Assembly: GCA_023248545.1 (NCBI GenBank)
Contig: JAHFEF010000011.1
Coordinates: 162-64,161, forward strand
Source: Myxococcales bacterium
Lineage (GTDB): Bacteria > Myxococcota > UBA727 > JABDBI01
DNA length: 64,000 bases
Reading direction: 5' to 3'
Translations under genes and position numbers: made by a program
Shown here: piece after piece, positions 38,812-48,301 of the stretch
Layout of the letters: every line of letters begins with the position of its first letter
How positions within the stretch are numbered: the first letter of the stretch is position 1
The notes under the pieces: model-generated
What the model was told of the DNA's origin: nothing
The model's input: the letters and a program-made list of their open reading frames with translations, nothing else
The model's database searches: none

Positions 38812-40009
38812 CTATTTGGCATCGATTTTGCTGATTTTGTTCCTTAATGCCTGCGGCGCTAATTCGTCTAAGACACCTGGTCCACCTGCACAGAAAGTCA
38901 CCTGCCCAACGGGCGATAACGTCATGAAAGTGACAATCAATGGATCTCTTTGCGGAACCACCCAATACCCCAATGAACCGTGTACCAGCGTCACAGTCTG
39001 TTCAGCCACCGATCCATCGAACTGTCAAACCATTACAGATATACTGGTGGATACAGGAAGTTATGGGTTGAGGGTATTCAGAAGTGCTCTGACGGTGCCT
39101 GTCACTCCCTCAAAGGTAGGCACTCAAGACCTTTTCGAATGCGCCCAATTTGGTGATGGAACCAGCCTGTGGGGCCAAGTCGAAACCGCTTGGGTAAAAC
39201 TCGGAAATGAACCGCCTGTGTCGACCCCAATTATGGTCATCGACCCCATTGCTCCTAGCACGAGTAATTGTCCAAAAGTTGGAACGGACCCAAAAACTTC
39301 GGGATTCCATGGCATTTTAGGAGTTGGGCTTTTCAAGCAGGATTGTGGCTCGGCTTGCTCACGAAGTAATAATTTCCCCAAGCAATATTTTGCGTGTACT
39401 GGCTCTAGTTGCTTAGCAACAGCCGTGAGTCTCACGTCACAAATCCAAAATCCTGTTGCTCTGCTCCCAAAGGACAATAACGGGGTTATTTTGCAGTTTC
39501 CATCCGTCGACTCTGGGGGTGCTAAATCAGTAGATGGCTGTTTAATCCTGGGCATTGGGGCCATTTCTTCGACGGCCACGGTCTACCCCGTCGACAACAA
39601 TGGTAATATGACCACTGTTTTTGCTGCTTATAGCTCTAAATCGATGCATGGATATATCGACAGCGGATCGAATGGCTTGTACTTTCCAGCCCCTGCTGAC
39701 GGAAGCTTGCCTGCATGCAAGAGCAATCTGTCACAGTTTTATTGCCCAGCAGCCATACAATTTCTCCAAGCTACCAATGCGGACACTTCAAGAAATGCCA
39801 TCGCGGTACCCTTTCAAGTTGGGAATGCGGAGACTCTGAGTCAATCTGATAACATCGTATTCAGTAATTTTTGTGGTCAGGCTATTGTGACGTCCTCATC
39901 GGGCGCCTATTTCGACTGGGGACTCCCGTTTTTCTTGGGCAGAACCATCTATGTAGGCATTGAAGACACCACTTCAAGTTTAGGAACAGGCCCCTATTGG
40001 GCGTATTAG
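38798..40009 (+). CDS. lipoprotein, unknown function (Cys/Gly/Ser-rich, 403 aa)
   Basis: Lipobox LFLNACG. Overlaps the upstream gene by 14 nt, so the two are probably co-transcribed. Confidence 0.55.
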   Translation: MKLNNYLASILLILFLNACGANSSKTPGPPAQKVTCPTGDNVMKVTINGSLCGTTQYPNEPCTSVTVCSATDPSNCQTITDILVDTGSYGLRVFRSALTVPVTPSKVGTQDLFECAQFGDGTSLWGQVETAWVKLGNEPPVSTPIMVIDPIAPSTSNCPKVGTDPKTSGFHGILGVGLFKQDCGSACSRSNNFPKQYFACTGSSCLATAVSLTSQIQNPVALLPKDNNGVILQFPSVDSGGAKSVDGCLILGIGAISSTATVYPVDNNGNMTTVFAAYSSKSMHGYIDSGSNGLYFPAPADGSLPACKSNLSQFYCPAAIQFLQATNADTSRNAIAVPFQVGNAETLSQSDNIVFSNFCGQAIVTSSSGAYFDWGLPFFLGRTIYVGIEDTTSSLGTGPYWAY

Positions 40010-40034
40010 GAGATTGATGCTACACACGTAGTTT

Positions 40035-41054
40035 ATGAAAACTACGCCGCTGTACCATCGTCATTTAGAACTGGGTGCACAGATGACCGAGTTTGCCGGT
40101 TATCAAATGCCCGTTCGATATACGGGCGACAAGCTCGAACATATGGCCGTTCGCCAAAAAGCAGGCATTTTTGATGTCAGCCACATGGGAGAAGTCTGGG
40201 TCACTGGCCCCCATGCTGAGCAAGCTATGTCACAGCTGAACACCCAAGACCCCAGTCGATTTGCGCCAGGGCAAGCTTATTACGGCCTGCTTTTAAATTC
40301 ACAAGGTGGAATTATCGACGACGTGATTTCCTATAAATTTTCGCCGGAAAAATTCTTGATCTGCGTCAACGCTGCCAATCGCGAGAAAGATTTTAACTGG
40401 ATCAAATCTCACTGCGATGCCGAAGTCGAAGATGCCAGTGACAGCTGGTGTCAAATAGCGATACAGGGACCAGAAGCTGTGGGCATTACGGCGCGTTATC
40501 TGGGCGATCAGGTATTGGCAATCAAGCGCTTTGGATTTGCACAAATCGGCGATATGATTGTCGCTCGAACAGGTTACACCGGTGAAGATGGCTTTGAAAT
40601 TTTTGTACCCAATGCCCAAGCCGTGAAGCTCTGGGACGCGCTGGCCAGTCAGGCTACGCCATGTGGACTGGCAGCACGTGATACGCTGAGATTAGAAGCT
40701 GGCATGTGTTTGTATGGCCACGACATCAATGACCACACGAATCCTGTCGAAGCCGGTTTGGGGTGGTGCGCAAAAAATTGGAAAGCCCCGGGTGAAGTTC
40801 ACCGACGTTTGGTGGGGCTCGTGATGCAAGGCCAGGGCATTGCACGACCAGACTATGAAGTCTGTAATCAGGTGGGCCAAAAAATCGGCCAGGTGACTTC
40901 TGGGACGAAAACGCCGTATTTAAACCAGGCCATTGCCATGGCTTATATCGACCGTCCCTATTGCGATGGGGCCTCAGAAGTGTACGTAAAGATTCGCGGC
41001 CGCCTGGAGCCTGCAAAGATAACTCAGTTGCCATTTTACCGGAGACCTCAATGA
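40035..41054 (+). CDS. gcvT: glycine cleavage system T protein (aminomethyltransferase)
   Basis: TPLYHRHLELGAQMTEFAGYQMPVRY...FDVSHMG N-terminus typical of GcvT. 339 aa. Confidence 0.9.
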   Translation: MKTTPLYHRHLELGAQMTEFAGYQMPVRYTGDKLEHMAVRQKAGIFDVSHMGEVWVTGPHAEQAMSQLNTQDPSRFAPGQAYYGLLLNSQGGIIDDVISYKFSPEKFLICVNAANREKDFNWIKSHCDAEVEDASDSWCQIAIQGPEAVGITARYLGDQVLAIKRFGFAQIGDMIVARTGYTGEDGFEIFVPNAQAVKLWDALASQATPCGLAARDTLRLEAGMCLYGHDINDHTNPVEAGLGWCAKNWKAPGEVHRRLVGLVMQGQGIARPDYEVCNQVGQKIGQVTSGTKTPYLNQAIAMAYIDRPYCDGASEVYVKIRGRLEPAKITQLPFYRRPQ

Positions 41055-41425
41055 TCTATTTTACCAAAGAGCACGAGTGGGCTTTCATCGAGGGCAATGT
41101 CGCCAAAATCGGCATCACAGATCATGCCCAACATAGTTTGGGTGATGTTGTCTATTTGGAACTTCCAGAACCTGGCAAAAAATTAGAGAAAGACAAGATT
41201 TTTGGTGTGGTCGAGAGCGTTAAAGCTGTGAGTGATTTGTTCTCACCCGTGTCTGGTTCGGTGCTCGAAACAAACCAGCAACTGGTTCAAAATCCAGAAT
41301 GGGTCAACCAGGATGCCATGGGCAAGGCTTGGATGATTCAAGTTGAGATGGGGAACAAAGCGGAGCTCGGTAGCCTCATGACCCAGGAACAATACGAACA
41401 CTATCTCAAACAGGAAGTGAAATAA
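41051..41425 (+). CDS. gcvH: glycine cleavage system H protein
   Basis: Lipoyl-lysine motif ESVKAVSDLFSPVSG. ATGA overlap with gcvT. Confidence 0.9.
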   Translation: MIYFTKEHEWAFIEGNVAKIGITDHAQHSLGDVVYLELPEPGKKLEKDKIFGVVESVKAVSDLFSPVSGSVLETNQQLVQNPEWVNQDAMGKAWMIQVEMGNKAELGSLMTQEQYEHYLKQEVK

Positions 41426-41785
41426 ATGCTGACACGTTGGATATTAAATTCCGCTGGTTTTTTAACCGCCATTTTGATTGTGCCGGGCATACATGTCATG
41501 AGCACGGACCGGTGGCATTTGGTTGGGATTGCGTTGGTGGCTGGATTTGCCAACACGGTAATGGGGCCGATTTTTAAGTTTTTCACGTTTCCGTTTATTT
41601 TTCTCACGTTAGGACTCTGGATTTGGATTGCGAACATGTTGCTCTTTTGGTTTGCCGGTTACGTGGGGCAGCAATTCGGTTTCGGCTTTACTTTGGATGG
41701 CTTTTGGGCGACTTTCTTTGGCGCGCTGATTGTCAGTGGCGTGAACCTGTTTTTTGGATTCTTGTTTAGGAGCATTCGCGAGTGA
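41426..41785 (+). CDS. small 4-TM membrane protein (phage-holin-4-like family), unknown function
   Basis: 119 aa, hydrophobic with Gly/Phe-rich helices. Sits between gcvH and the large fusion gene, with overlapping stop/start codons. Confidence 0.5.
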   Translation: MLTRWILNSAGFLTAILIVPGIHVMSTDRWHLVGIALVAGFANTVMGPIFKFFTFPFIFLTLGLWIWIANMLLFWFAGYVGQQFGFGFTLDGFWATFFGALIVSGVNLFFGFLFRSIRE

Positions 41786-44700
41786 AGATCCAGAGTCATA
41801 ACCCCGCCCGGAATTACGAGCCTGTCTATGAAGTCGACGGTGGTTTGGAACAGGTAGACAGGGCTGTGCTCGCCGCCGAAAAAGCATTGCCGGCGTGGCG
41901 AGCTCTGGATATGTCTGAACGTGTTGCAGCGCTTAAGTCTTTAGAAGCTGTTTTTAAAAAACACGAAGAAGACATGGCCAAAATAATTACGCTGGAGATG
42001 GGCAAAGTTTGGTCCGAGAGTTTATTCGAGGCCAAAAATTTGACTGGTCGAATCGAGTTGATTGCTCAAGAAGGCTTAAAGCGCATTGAAACAGAATTTC
42101 CAGCAGGTGTTCACGGCGAGACGCGATATCATTCACAGGGTGTCATGGCCGTGCTGGGGCCCTATAATTTCCCAGCGCACCTCATGAATTCGCATGTTAT
42201 TCCAGCCTTGATGACCGGCAATACGGTTGTGGCAAAGCCCAGCGAGTTATGCCCGGGCGTGGGTCAGCTCTATGCGCAGTGTTTTGAAGAGGCTGGGTTT
42301 CCTGCCGGTGTGTTTAACTTGGTACAGGGTCGTGGTGACGTTGGAAAAGCTTTGGCCACACACCCAAAAGTTCGAGGCGTTTTATTCACAGGCAGTTACC
42401 CAACCGGTCGAGCTTTGGCCGAAGCGCTGTTGGACCAGCCTCATAAAATACTCGCTCTCGAAATGGGCGGAAAAAATATTGCAGTTGTTTTGGAGGATGC
42501 TGACTTATATCAAGCGTTGGTTGAGATGACACAAGGTGCCTTTCAGAGTGCAGGCCAGCGTTGCACGGCGACCAGCACGGTTTTGATGCACCGCGCAGTC
42601 GCAGACCAATTAATCCCAGCCTTGGTTCGCGCAGCCAGAGAGATTAGACCGGGTGATCCGATGGAACCCCTTACGGCCATGGGGCCACTGGCGAGCCAAG
42701 CAGCGTTGGAACGCTATTTGTCTTTGTTGGCTCAAGTTCGAGCGTTGCCGGGCTGCAAAGTATTACTCGATGCCGAAACACTGCCCGGTGGAGCATTTGT
42801 GACGCCGTCGATTTATCAAGTGGCCAATACACTCGACGCTGAGCTTTTCGGTCCGCATTTAGATATTCAAGTGATAGATAGTTTAGACGAGGCCATAGAG
42901 ATTACCAATCAAAGTCCGTATGGGCTCTCCAATGCTATCTTTACGCAGAGCGAGGCCAAGTTTGAACGCTATTTCAGAGAAACCTATTCAGGGGTCTTAA
43001 ACTGGAATCGCAGCACCAATGGCTTATCGGGGAAGGCACCTTTTGGAGGTGTCGGCAAAAGTGGCAATCATCGCCCGGCGGGTATCGACGCTGTTCGCAA
43101 TGCGACTTATCCTGTGATGGTGCAGAGGCAGCCCTATGGTCATGTGGAGCCGCTTAAACCCCTGGCGCCGATTTTTGAACGAGAAAAAGCTTTTTTGTCA
43201 CTGTCTTTTGAAGACCTGCTCAAAAAACACGAACAAGAATTCGCTGAACAGCGCTATCGCTATTTTGACCAAGTTCACGTGCCTAATCACGTGAAATTAC
43301 CAGCATCTGAAGCCATGTTGGACAGACTCTATCGAGATGACTTAGTGCCCAGGGAGAAGAAAGAGCCGGTGGTCGATCTCAATGCTTCGCAAGGGCCTTA
43401 TTTGGTTTCCATTGACGAAGAGCCACTGGTTTTATTTGATGCAGCGAGCCAGATTGCGTCGTTGGGTTTGGGCTTTAGCTCGGGCGTTTTTCAAAAGTCT
43501 CTCGATGAGGGTTTGTTTACAGAGGGTTTGTTGTCGAATGCGGCTGGGTCCGTAGACGCCTACAAGCAATTGCTACTTTCTCGAGCGGGGCCGGGCTTAA
43601 AGCACGTCACTTTTACCACCAGTGGTGCTGCTGCGAACGAGAAGGCTTTTGATCTGTGTCGCGTCAATGGACCCGGTGGAACACGGATTATTGCTTTTCA
43701 GGGTTCTTTTCATGGCCGAACCATGATGTCGTTGCATGCGACGTATAATCCAGAAAAACGCGCCGGATTTGAACTGCCAGGTTATGAAGCAACTTTCTTA
43801 CAATTTGGTGAGTTGGATGGCATCCGAGAAGAGATTCAAAAAGGCAATGTCTGTTGTGTGATCGTCGAGCCTGTTCAATGTGAGGGCGGCGATAATTTTG
43901 CAGATCTAGAATTTTTTAGAGGTTTGCGCAAGATTACCCGCGAGCTCAGTGTTCCACTGATCTTTGACGAAGTGCAAACAGGTTTTGGGCTGTACGGACC
44001 GTTTTATTATCACACGGCATTTGGGCTCGAAGATGGCCCAGACTGTGTGACGCTCTCGAAAAAAGCACAGCTTGGGGTCGTATTGTCGGCGTGGGAAGAT
44101 ACGCGTCCTGAACAGCCGCACCAGATTCAAATTCAAAAAGGTTTGTTGCAGGCTGAAGCAATTTTGCACGCGCCTTACCAAGAGCTCGAACGTGAAACTC
44201 GAGAACGCCTAGAAAAACTACATGCGGCATTTCCAGAATTAGTGTTGAATCCCCGCAATGCTGGTTATGCGTTTGCGTTTGACATGCCGAGCCCGGTCTT
44301 GGCCAACAAGATTGTGAATCAGAGATTTCACCGAGGTTTTATGGTCTATATTGCAGGCACAAAAACACTGCGATTTAGGACCAATATAGATACGACGTCG
44401 AGAGAGCTGGCATTTTTATTTGATGCGTTGCATGCGGCTTTAAAAGGAGATCCGGCACCGAGCTTTTTGCAGACTTCTCACCGGGTGATGCCACTCATGG
44501 CTGGCGTTGTGATTGAACAATTAGATTCCAATAACTGGGCCCGATATGTGGGTGAAATCCAGCGATTGGAAGAAGCAGCCTATGAACCCAGCCGTCAAGA
44601 TACGATGGAATTTTTACGAAGCTGGTTAGAGCAGCCTAAGTCGCTGGGCCTCATGATGGTCTACAAAGGTGAAATCATTGGGTTTACGGTGGGTGGGCCT

Positions 44701-46065
44701 TTGGAACATTCTGATAAAGATGGCCCCCTGCAAGATGCCATGCGTGGTTGTCAGAATACTTTTTATTCGACCGATATTGTGGTCGACGAAAAATTCAGAG
44801 GCAAAGGCCTCGGGTATCACTTAAAAGAGGCTCAAGTCAAAGCAGTCAAAGCGCTTGGGTATAGCTACATGACGGGTCGTAATCGCGTCGGATTTACGTC
44901 GGAAATGCAGAAGATTAACCGTGTTTTTGGGGCTTACACGGTGGGCATCTATGCAAACCAATATGGTGGACCTGGACAGGCTTTGTATTACCGGATTCCG
45001 TTATTAAGGCCGAAAATCCCCTGCCTACGCCAAGGCTTCGGCAGGCAGGCCCCTCACCTCCTCGACTGGTCCAATTCTATCCAAGCACCCCTGGGTGCCC
45101 ACTCGCCAGAAATTCTCACCGACATTCAAAAGGGCGTTTTCACGTCGGCAGTCGGAACCAAACTCACGCTGTCCAATTGGGCCACACCAGACATGGTGCG
45201 CTACACAGAATTACTTCGATACCTGATGCCAAAATCTTGTAAGCATTTATATTTTACTTCTGGCCGTGACGAGATGGTCGATAAAGGCCTGCGCTGTTTG
45301 AAAGTCACCCGGCCACAAGCTGAAATCGCCATTGGGCTGAAAGGCCAGTATGTCGGCCACACGACGGCTGCTGCTCGAAGTCTGACAGACCCCAATTACT
45401 TTCAAAAGCCCTTTGGGTGGTTTGATTGGCCTTTGGTGGACAGCATTGAACAAATCGAAGCTGTGATTTCGAAATATTCGCCAGATAAGATTTTTGGCAT
45501 TGTGGTCGAGTTAATTGGCGAAAAAACAGGGCGCGTTATCTCGCCGGAATTTTTAGACAAGCTGAACCCAATTCGAACGGCTACGAAAATCCCACTGATT
45601 TTTGTTGAGACAGCGTCAGGTCTTGGGCGAAATGGCGAAAGCTTATTTATGAGTGATAGCTTGGCTGTGCAGCCCAACATGGTTTGGTGGTACTCGGGGG
45701 CTCAGCTCGGCCATATATTTGTCGATGACGCGCATTATGTGGCGAAGCCACTCACGCTAATTTCAACCTGGGATGGCGATGAGATTTCGATGCGTCGAAA
45801 TTACAGACATTTGGTAGTGGCGCGGGAAGCGCTTAACAACAAGACTGCTCAGTATTTCGAGAACGAGTGCCAGAAATTAGGCTGTGTTGGCAAAGGGTTC
45901 TGGCAAGTCTTGGATTTTAAACAGCCAGAAAAATTAGCTCAGGCAGGTTTGCTGCTAGGCCAGGGTTTCGATCATAAGCTCATTTTGAGCCCACCCGTGA
46001 ATAGTTCACAAGAGCAGATTGACCAAGGGTTAGCAATATTAAGAAGGTGTTTGTCTCATGCTTAG
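41782..46065 (+). CDS. 1427-aa multidomain fusion: AstD-like (succinylglutamate-semialdehyde) dehydrogenase / class-III PLP aminotransferase / GNAT acetyltransferase / degenerate class-III aminotransferase-like domain
   Basis: aa 1-470 match E. coli AstD block for block (GPYNFPAHL, KILALEMGG, QRCTA, VLNWNRS..APFGGVGKSGNHRP). aa ~475-885 carry DEVQTGFG...TLSKK (PLP Lys). aa ~890-1075 are GNAT (FRGKGLGYHL). aa ~1085-1427 are aminotransferase-like (FVETASGLGRNG) but WWYSGAQLG replaces the Lys. Confidence 0.8.
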   Translation: MKIQSHNPARNYEPVYEVDGGLEQVDRAVLAAEKALPAWRALDMSERVAALKSLEAVFKKHEEDMAKIITLEMGKVWSESLFEAKNLTGRIELIAQEGLKRIETEFPAGVHGETRYHSQGVMAVLGPYNFPAHLMNSHVIPALMTGNTVVAKPSELCPGVGQLYAQCFEEAGFPAGVFNLVQGRGDVGKALATHPKVRGVLFTGSYPTGRALAEALLDQPHKILALEMGGKNIAVVLEDADLYQALVEMTQGAFQSAGQRCTATSTVLMHRAVADQLIPALVRAAREIRPGDPMEPLTAMGPLASQAALERYLSLLAQVRALPGCKVLLDAETLPGGAFVTPSIYQVANTLDAELFGPHLDIQVIDSLDEAIEITNQSPYGLSNAIFTQSEAKFERYFRETYSGVLNWNRSTNGLSGKAPFGGVGKSGNHRPAGIDAVRNATYPVMVQRQPYGHVEPLKPLAPIFEREKAFLSLSFEDLLKKHEQEFAEQRYRYFDQVHVPNHVKLPASEAMLDRLYRDDLVPREKKEPVVDLNASQGPYLVSIDEEPLVLFDAASQIASLGLGFSSGVFQKSLDEGLFTEGLLSNAAGSVDAYKQLLLSRAGPGLKHVTFTTSGAAANEKAFDLCRVNGPGGTRIIAFQGSFHGRTMMSLHATYNPEKRAGFELPGYEATFLQFGELDGIREEIQKGNVCCVIVEPVQCEGGDNFADLEFFRGLRKITRELSVPLIFDEVQTGFGLYGPFYYHTAFGLEDGPDCVTLSKKAQLGVVLSAWEDTRPEQPHQIQIQKGLLQAEAILHAPYQELERETRERLEKLHAAFPELVLNPRNAGYAFAFDMPSPVLANKIVNQRFHRGFMVYIAGTKTLRFRTNIDTTSRELAFLFDALHAALKGDPAPSFLQTSHRVMPLMAGVVIEQLDSNNWARYVGEIQRLEEAAYEPSRQDTMEFLRSWLEQPKSLGLMMVYKGEIIGFTVGGPLEHSDKDGPLQDAMRGCQNTFYSTDIVVDEKFRGKGLGYHLKEAQVKAVKALGYSYMTGRNRVGFTSEMQKINRVFGAYTVGIYANQYGGPGQALYYRIPLLRPKIPCLRQGFGRQAPHLLDWSNSIQAPLGAHSPEILTDIQKGVFTSAVGTKLTLSNWATPDMVRYTELLRYLMPKSCKHLYFTSGRDEMVDKGLRCLKVTRPQAEIAIGLKGQYVGHTTAAARSLTDPNYFQKPFGWFDWPLVDSIEQIEAVISKYSPDKIFGIVVELIGEKTGRVISPEFLDKLNPIRTATKIPLIFVETASGLGRNGESLFMSDSLAVQPNMVWWYSGAQLGHIFVDDAHYVAKPLTLISTWDGDEISMRRNYRHLVVAREALNNKTAQYFENECQKLGCVGKGFWQVLDFKQPEKLAQAGLLLGQGFDHKLILSPPVNSSQEQIDQGLAILRRCLSHA

Positions 46066-48244
46066 TCCTGAAGTCGAAGATATTATTCAAGATTCGTTTC
46101 GCGAAGCACATGAACGGGGCCATGATTTGGCGACGGTTGAACACTTGGCTTTCGTGTTGCTGCAAGACGATGATATTCGGCATTTGTTGCTGACCTGCGG
46201 GGTGGATCTAGAGCAACTCAAGGCTCAGCTGGGGCATTATTTGGACACTGAGCTCGAAAAAATAGTGTTCGATGAAAACCATGCCAAAATAGAGGCCAGT
46301 TTGGGTTTCCAGCGTGTGATCGAACGCGCGACCTTGCAGGCTAAGTCGTCCGGTCGGGGCGAAGTTTGGCCCTCTCATGTTCTGGTATCTATTTTTGAAG
46401 AAAAAGAATCGCCGGCTTTGTATTTTCTAGGCAAAGCGGGTCTCAGTCGCTTGGAACTTGTTTCGAATATTAGCGATGATATCGACGACGATGACGAAGA
46501 CTCTCTAGAAGGCGACCCGTTGGATGTCTTCACCCTTGATTTGACCGAGAAGGCCCGAAACAAAGAGTTGGATATTTTGGTGGGTCGCGAAGACGAACTC
46601 ACGCGGGTGATTCATATTTTGCTCCGTCGACGCAAGAATAACCCCTTGTTGGTGGGTGAGGCCGGTGTGGGAAAGACAGCCATTGCAGAAGGCTTGGCTC
46701 AACGCATTGTGGATGGCCAAGTCCCGGAGGCGCTCAAAAACAGCTCAGTGTATGCCCTGGATATGGGTTTGCTGTTGGCTGGAACCAGATATCGAGGCGA
46801 TTTTGAAAATAGATTCAAGGCCGTGATGCGTGCCCTTGAAAACGAGCCTGGGTCTATTTTGGTGATTGACGAGATTCATACCATGGTGGGCGCTGGTTCG
46901 AGTACCGGCGGTGGCCCGGATGCTTCGAACATGCTCAAGCCCATTTTGGCGGGTGGAAATATTCGCTGCATTGGGACAACGACGTACAAAGAATATCGCG
47001 GTTATTTTGAAAAAGACCGAGCACTGGTGAGGCGTTTCCAAAAAGTTGATATTGAAGAACCCAATGAAAAAGACTGCCTAACAATTTTGCAGGGCCTGAA
47101 GAACAAATACGAAGAGTTTCATCAAGTTAAAATCAGCCCAAAGGCGCTTTTAGCTGCTGTATCTCTTTCTGTCAGATATCTTCAAGACAAAAAGCTGCCT
47201 GACAAAGCCATAGATTTGATTGACGAGGCGTCTGCGGGCTTGAAGCTCAAGGGCAAAAAGAACGCAGTGGTTTCCGAGCGTGATATTGAAGAGACGGTTG
47301 CTCGCATGGCGCAAATCCCGCCGAAGCAAATTAGCCGCAATGACAAGACAGTCTTGTTGGATTTGGAAACCCAATTAGCTCAGGTGGTTTTTGGGCAAGA
47401 TAAAGCCATTGCAGAAGTGGCGTCGGCGATTAAGCTTTCTCGGGCAGGCCTGCGTGAACCCGAAAAGCCCATGGGGTCGTTTTTATTTATGGGTCCCAGC
47501 GGTGTGGGCAAGACAGAGATTGGCAAGCAGTTGGCCAAAGCATTGGGAATTTCTTTTGTGCGCTTTGACATGAGCGAATACATGGAGCGTCATACGGTGA
47601 GTCGTTTGATTGGAGCACCGCCGGGTTATGTGGGTTTCGATCAGGGCGGTTTATTAACAGACGCGATTCATAAAACGCCACATGCTGTTTTGTTGCTTGA
47701 CGAGATTGAGAAAGCACATCCCGATGTGTTTAACATGCTTTTGCAAGTCATGGATTATGGCAAACTCACGGATAACAATGGCCGCGCAACTGATTTTAGA
47801 CATGTGATATTGATCATGACCAGCAACGTCGGTGCACAAGAACTCGCCCAGGCACGCATTGGATTTGGCGATAGCTCCAACTGGGGTGCTGATGAGAAAG
47901 CATTCAAGAGATTATTTACACCCGAGTTTAGAAATAGACTGGATGCCAAGATTTCATTTGAGCCTTTAAAGCCTGAAGCCATGGCACAGATCGTCCAGAA
48001 ATTCTTGAAAGAGCTTGAATCTCAAGTAGCCGAGCAAAATATCAAACTGGAAATCTCAGAGGCAGCCAGAACTTATTTGAGTACCAAAGGCTACGACAAG
48101 GCTTTGGGAGCTAGGCCACTCAGCAGGCTGATCCAAAACGATATCAAGAAGCCATTGGCTGAGATTATCTTGAAGCTAGAGGATAAGGCTGAGAGGACGA
48201 TTCGGATTGATTTGAATGGCTTGGGTAAGATTGAGATTAGATAG
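46058..48244 (+). CDS. clpA: ATP-dependent Clp protease ATP-binding subunit ClpA
   Basis: ClpA N-domain (MLSPEVEDIIQDSFREAHERGHDLATVEHL), two AAA+ modules (GEAGVGKT and GPSGVGKT), 728 aa. No clpS upstream. Confidence 0.9.
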   Translation: MLSPEVEDIIQDSFREAHERGHDLATVEHLAFVLLQDDDIRHLLLTCGVDLEQLKAQLGHYLDTELEKIVFDENHAKIEASLGFQRVIERATLQAKSSGRGEVWPSHVLVSIFEEKESPALYFLGKAGLSRLELVSNISDDIDDDDEDSLEGDPLDVFTLDLTEKARNKELDILVGREDELTRVIHILLRRRKNNPLLVGEAGVGKTAIAEGLAQRIVDGQVPEALKNSSVYALDMGLLLAGTRYRGDFENRFKAVMRALENEPGSILVIDEIHTMVGAGSSTGGGPDASNMLKPILAGGNIRCIGTTTYKEYRGYFEKDRALVRRFQKVDIEEPNEKDCLTILQGLKNKYEEFHQVKISPKALLAAVSLSVRYLQDKKLPDKAIDLIDEASAGLKLKGKKNAVVSERDIEETVARMAQIPPKQISRNDKTVLLDLETQLAQVVFGQDKAIAEVASAIKLSRAGLREPEKPMGSFLFMGPSGVGKTEIGKQLAKALGISFVRFDMSEYMERHTVSRLIGAPPGYVGFDQGGLLTDAIHKTPHAVLLLDEIEKAHPDVFNMLLQVMDYGKLTDNNGRATDFRHVILIMTSNVGAQELAQARIGFGDSSNWGADEKAFKRLFTPEFRNRLDAKISFEPLKPEAMAQIVQKFLKELESQVAEQNIKLEISEAARTYLSTKGYDKALGARPLSRLIQNDIKKPLAEIILKLEDKAERTIRIDLNGLGKIEIR

Positions 48245-48301
48245 AGACAATGGACAAAAATACAATTTGACCATTTTTTCGTCTACCGCTAAATTAGTCA
48301 A

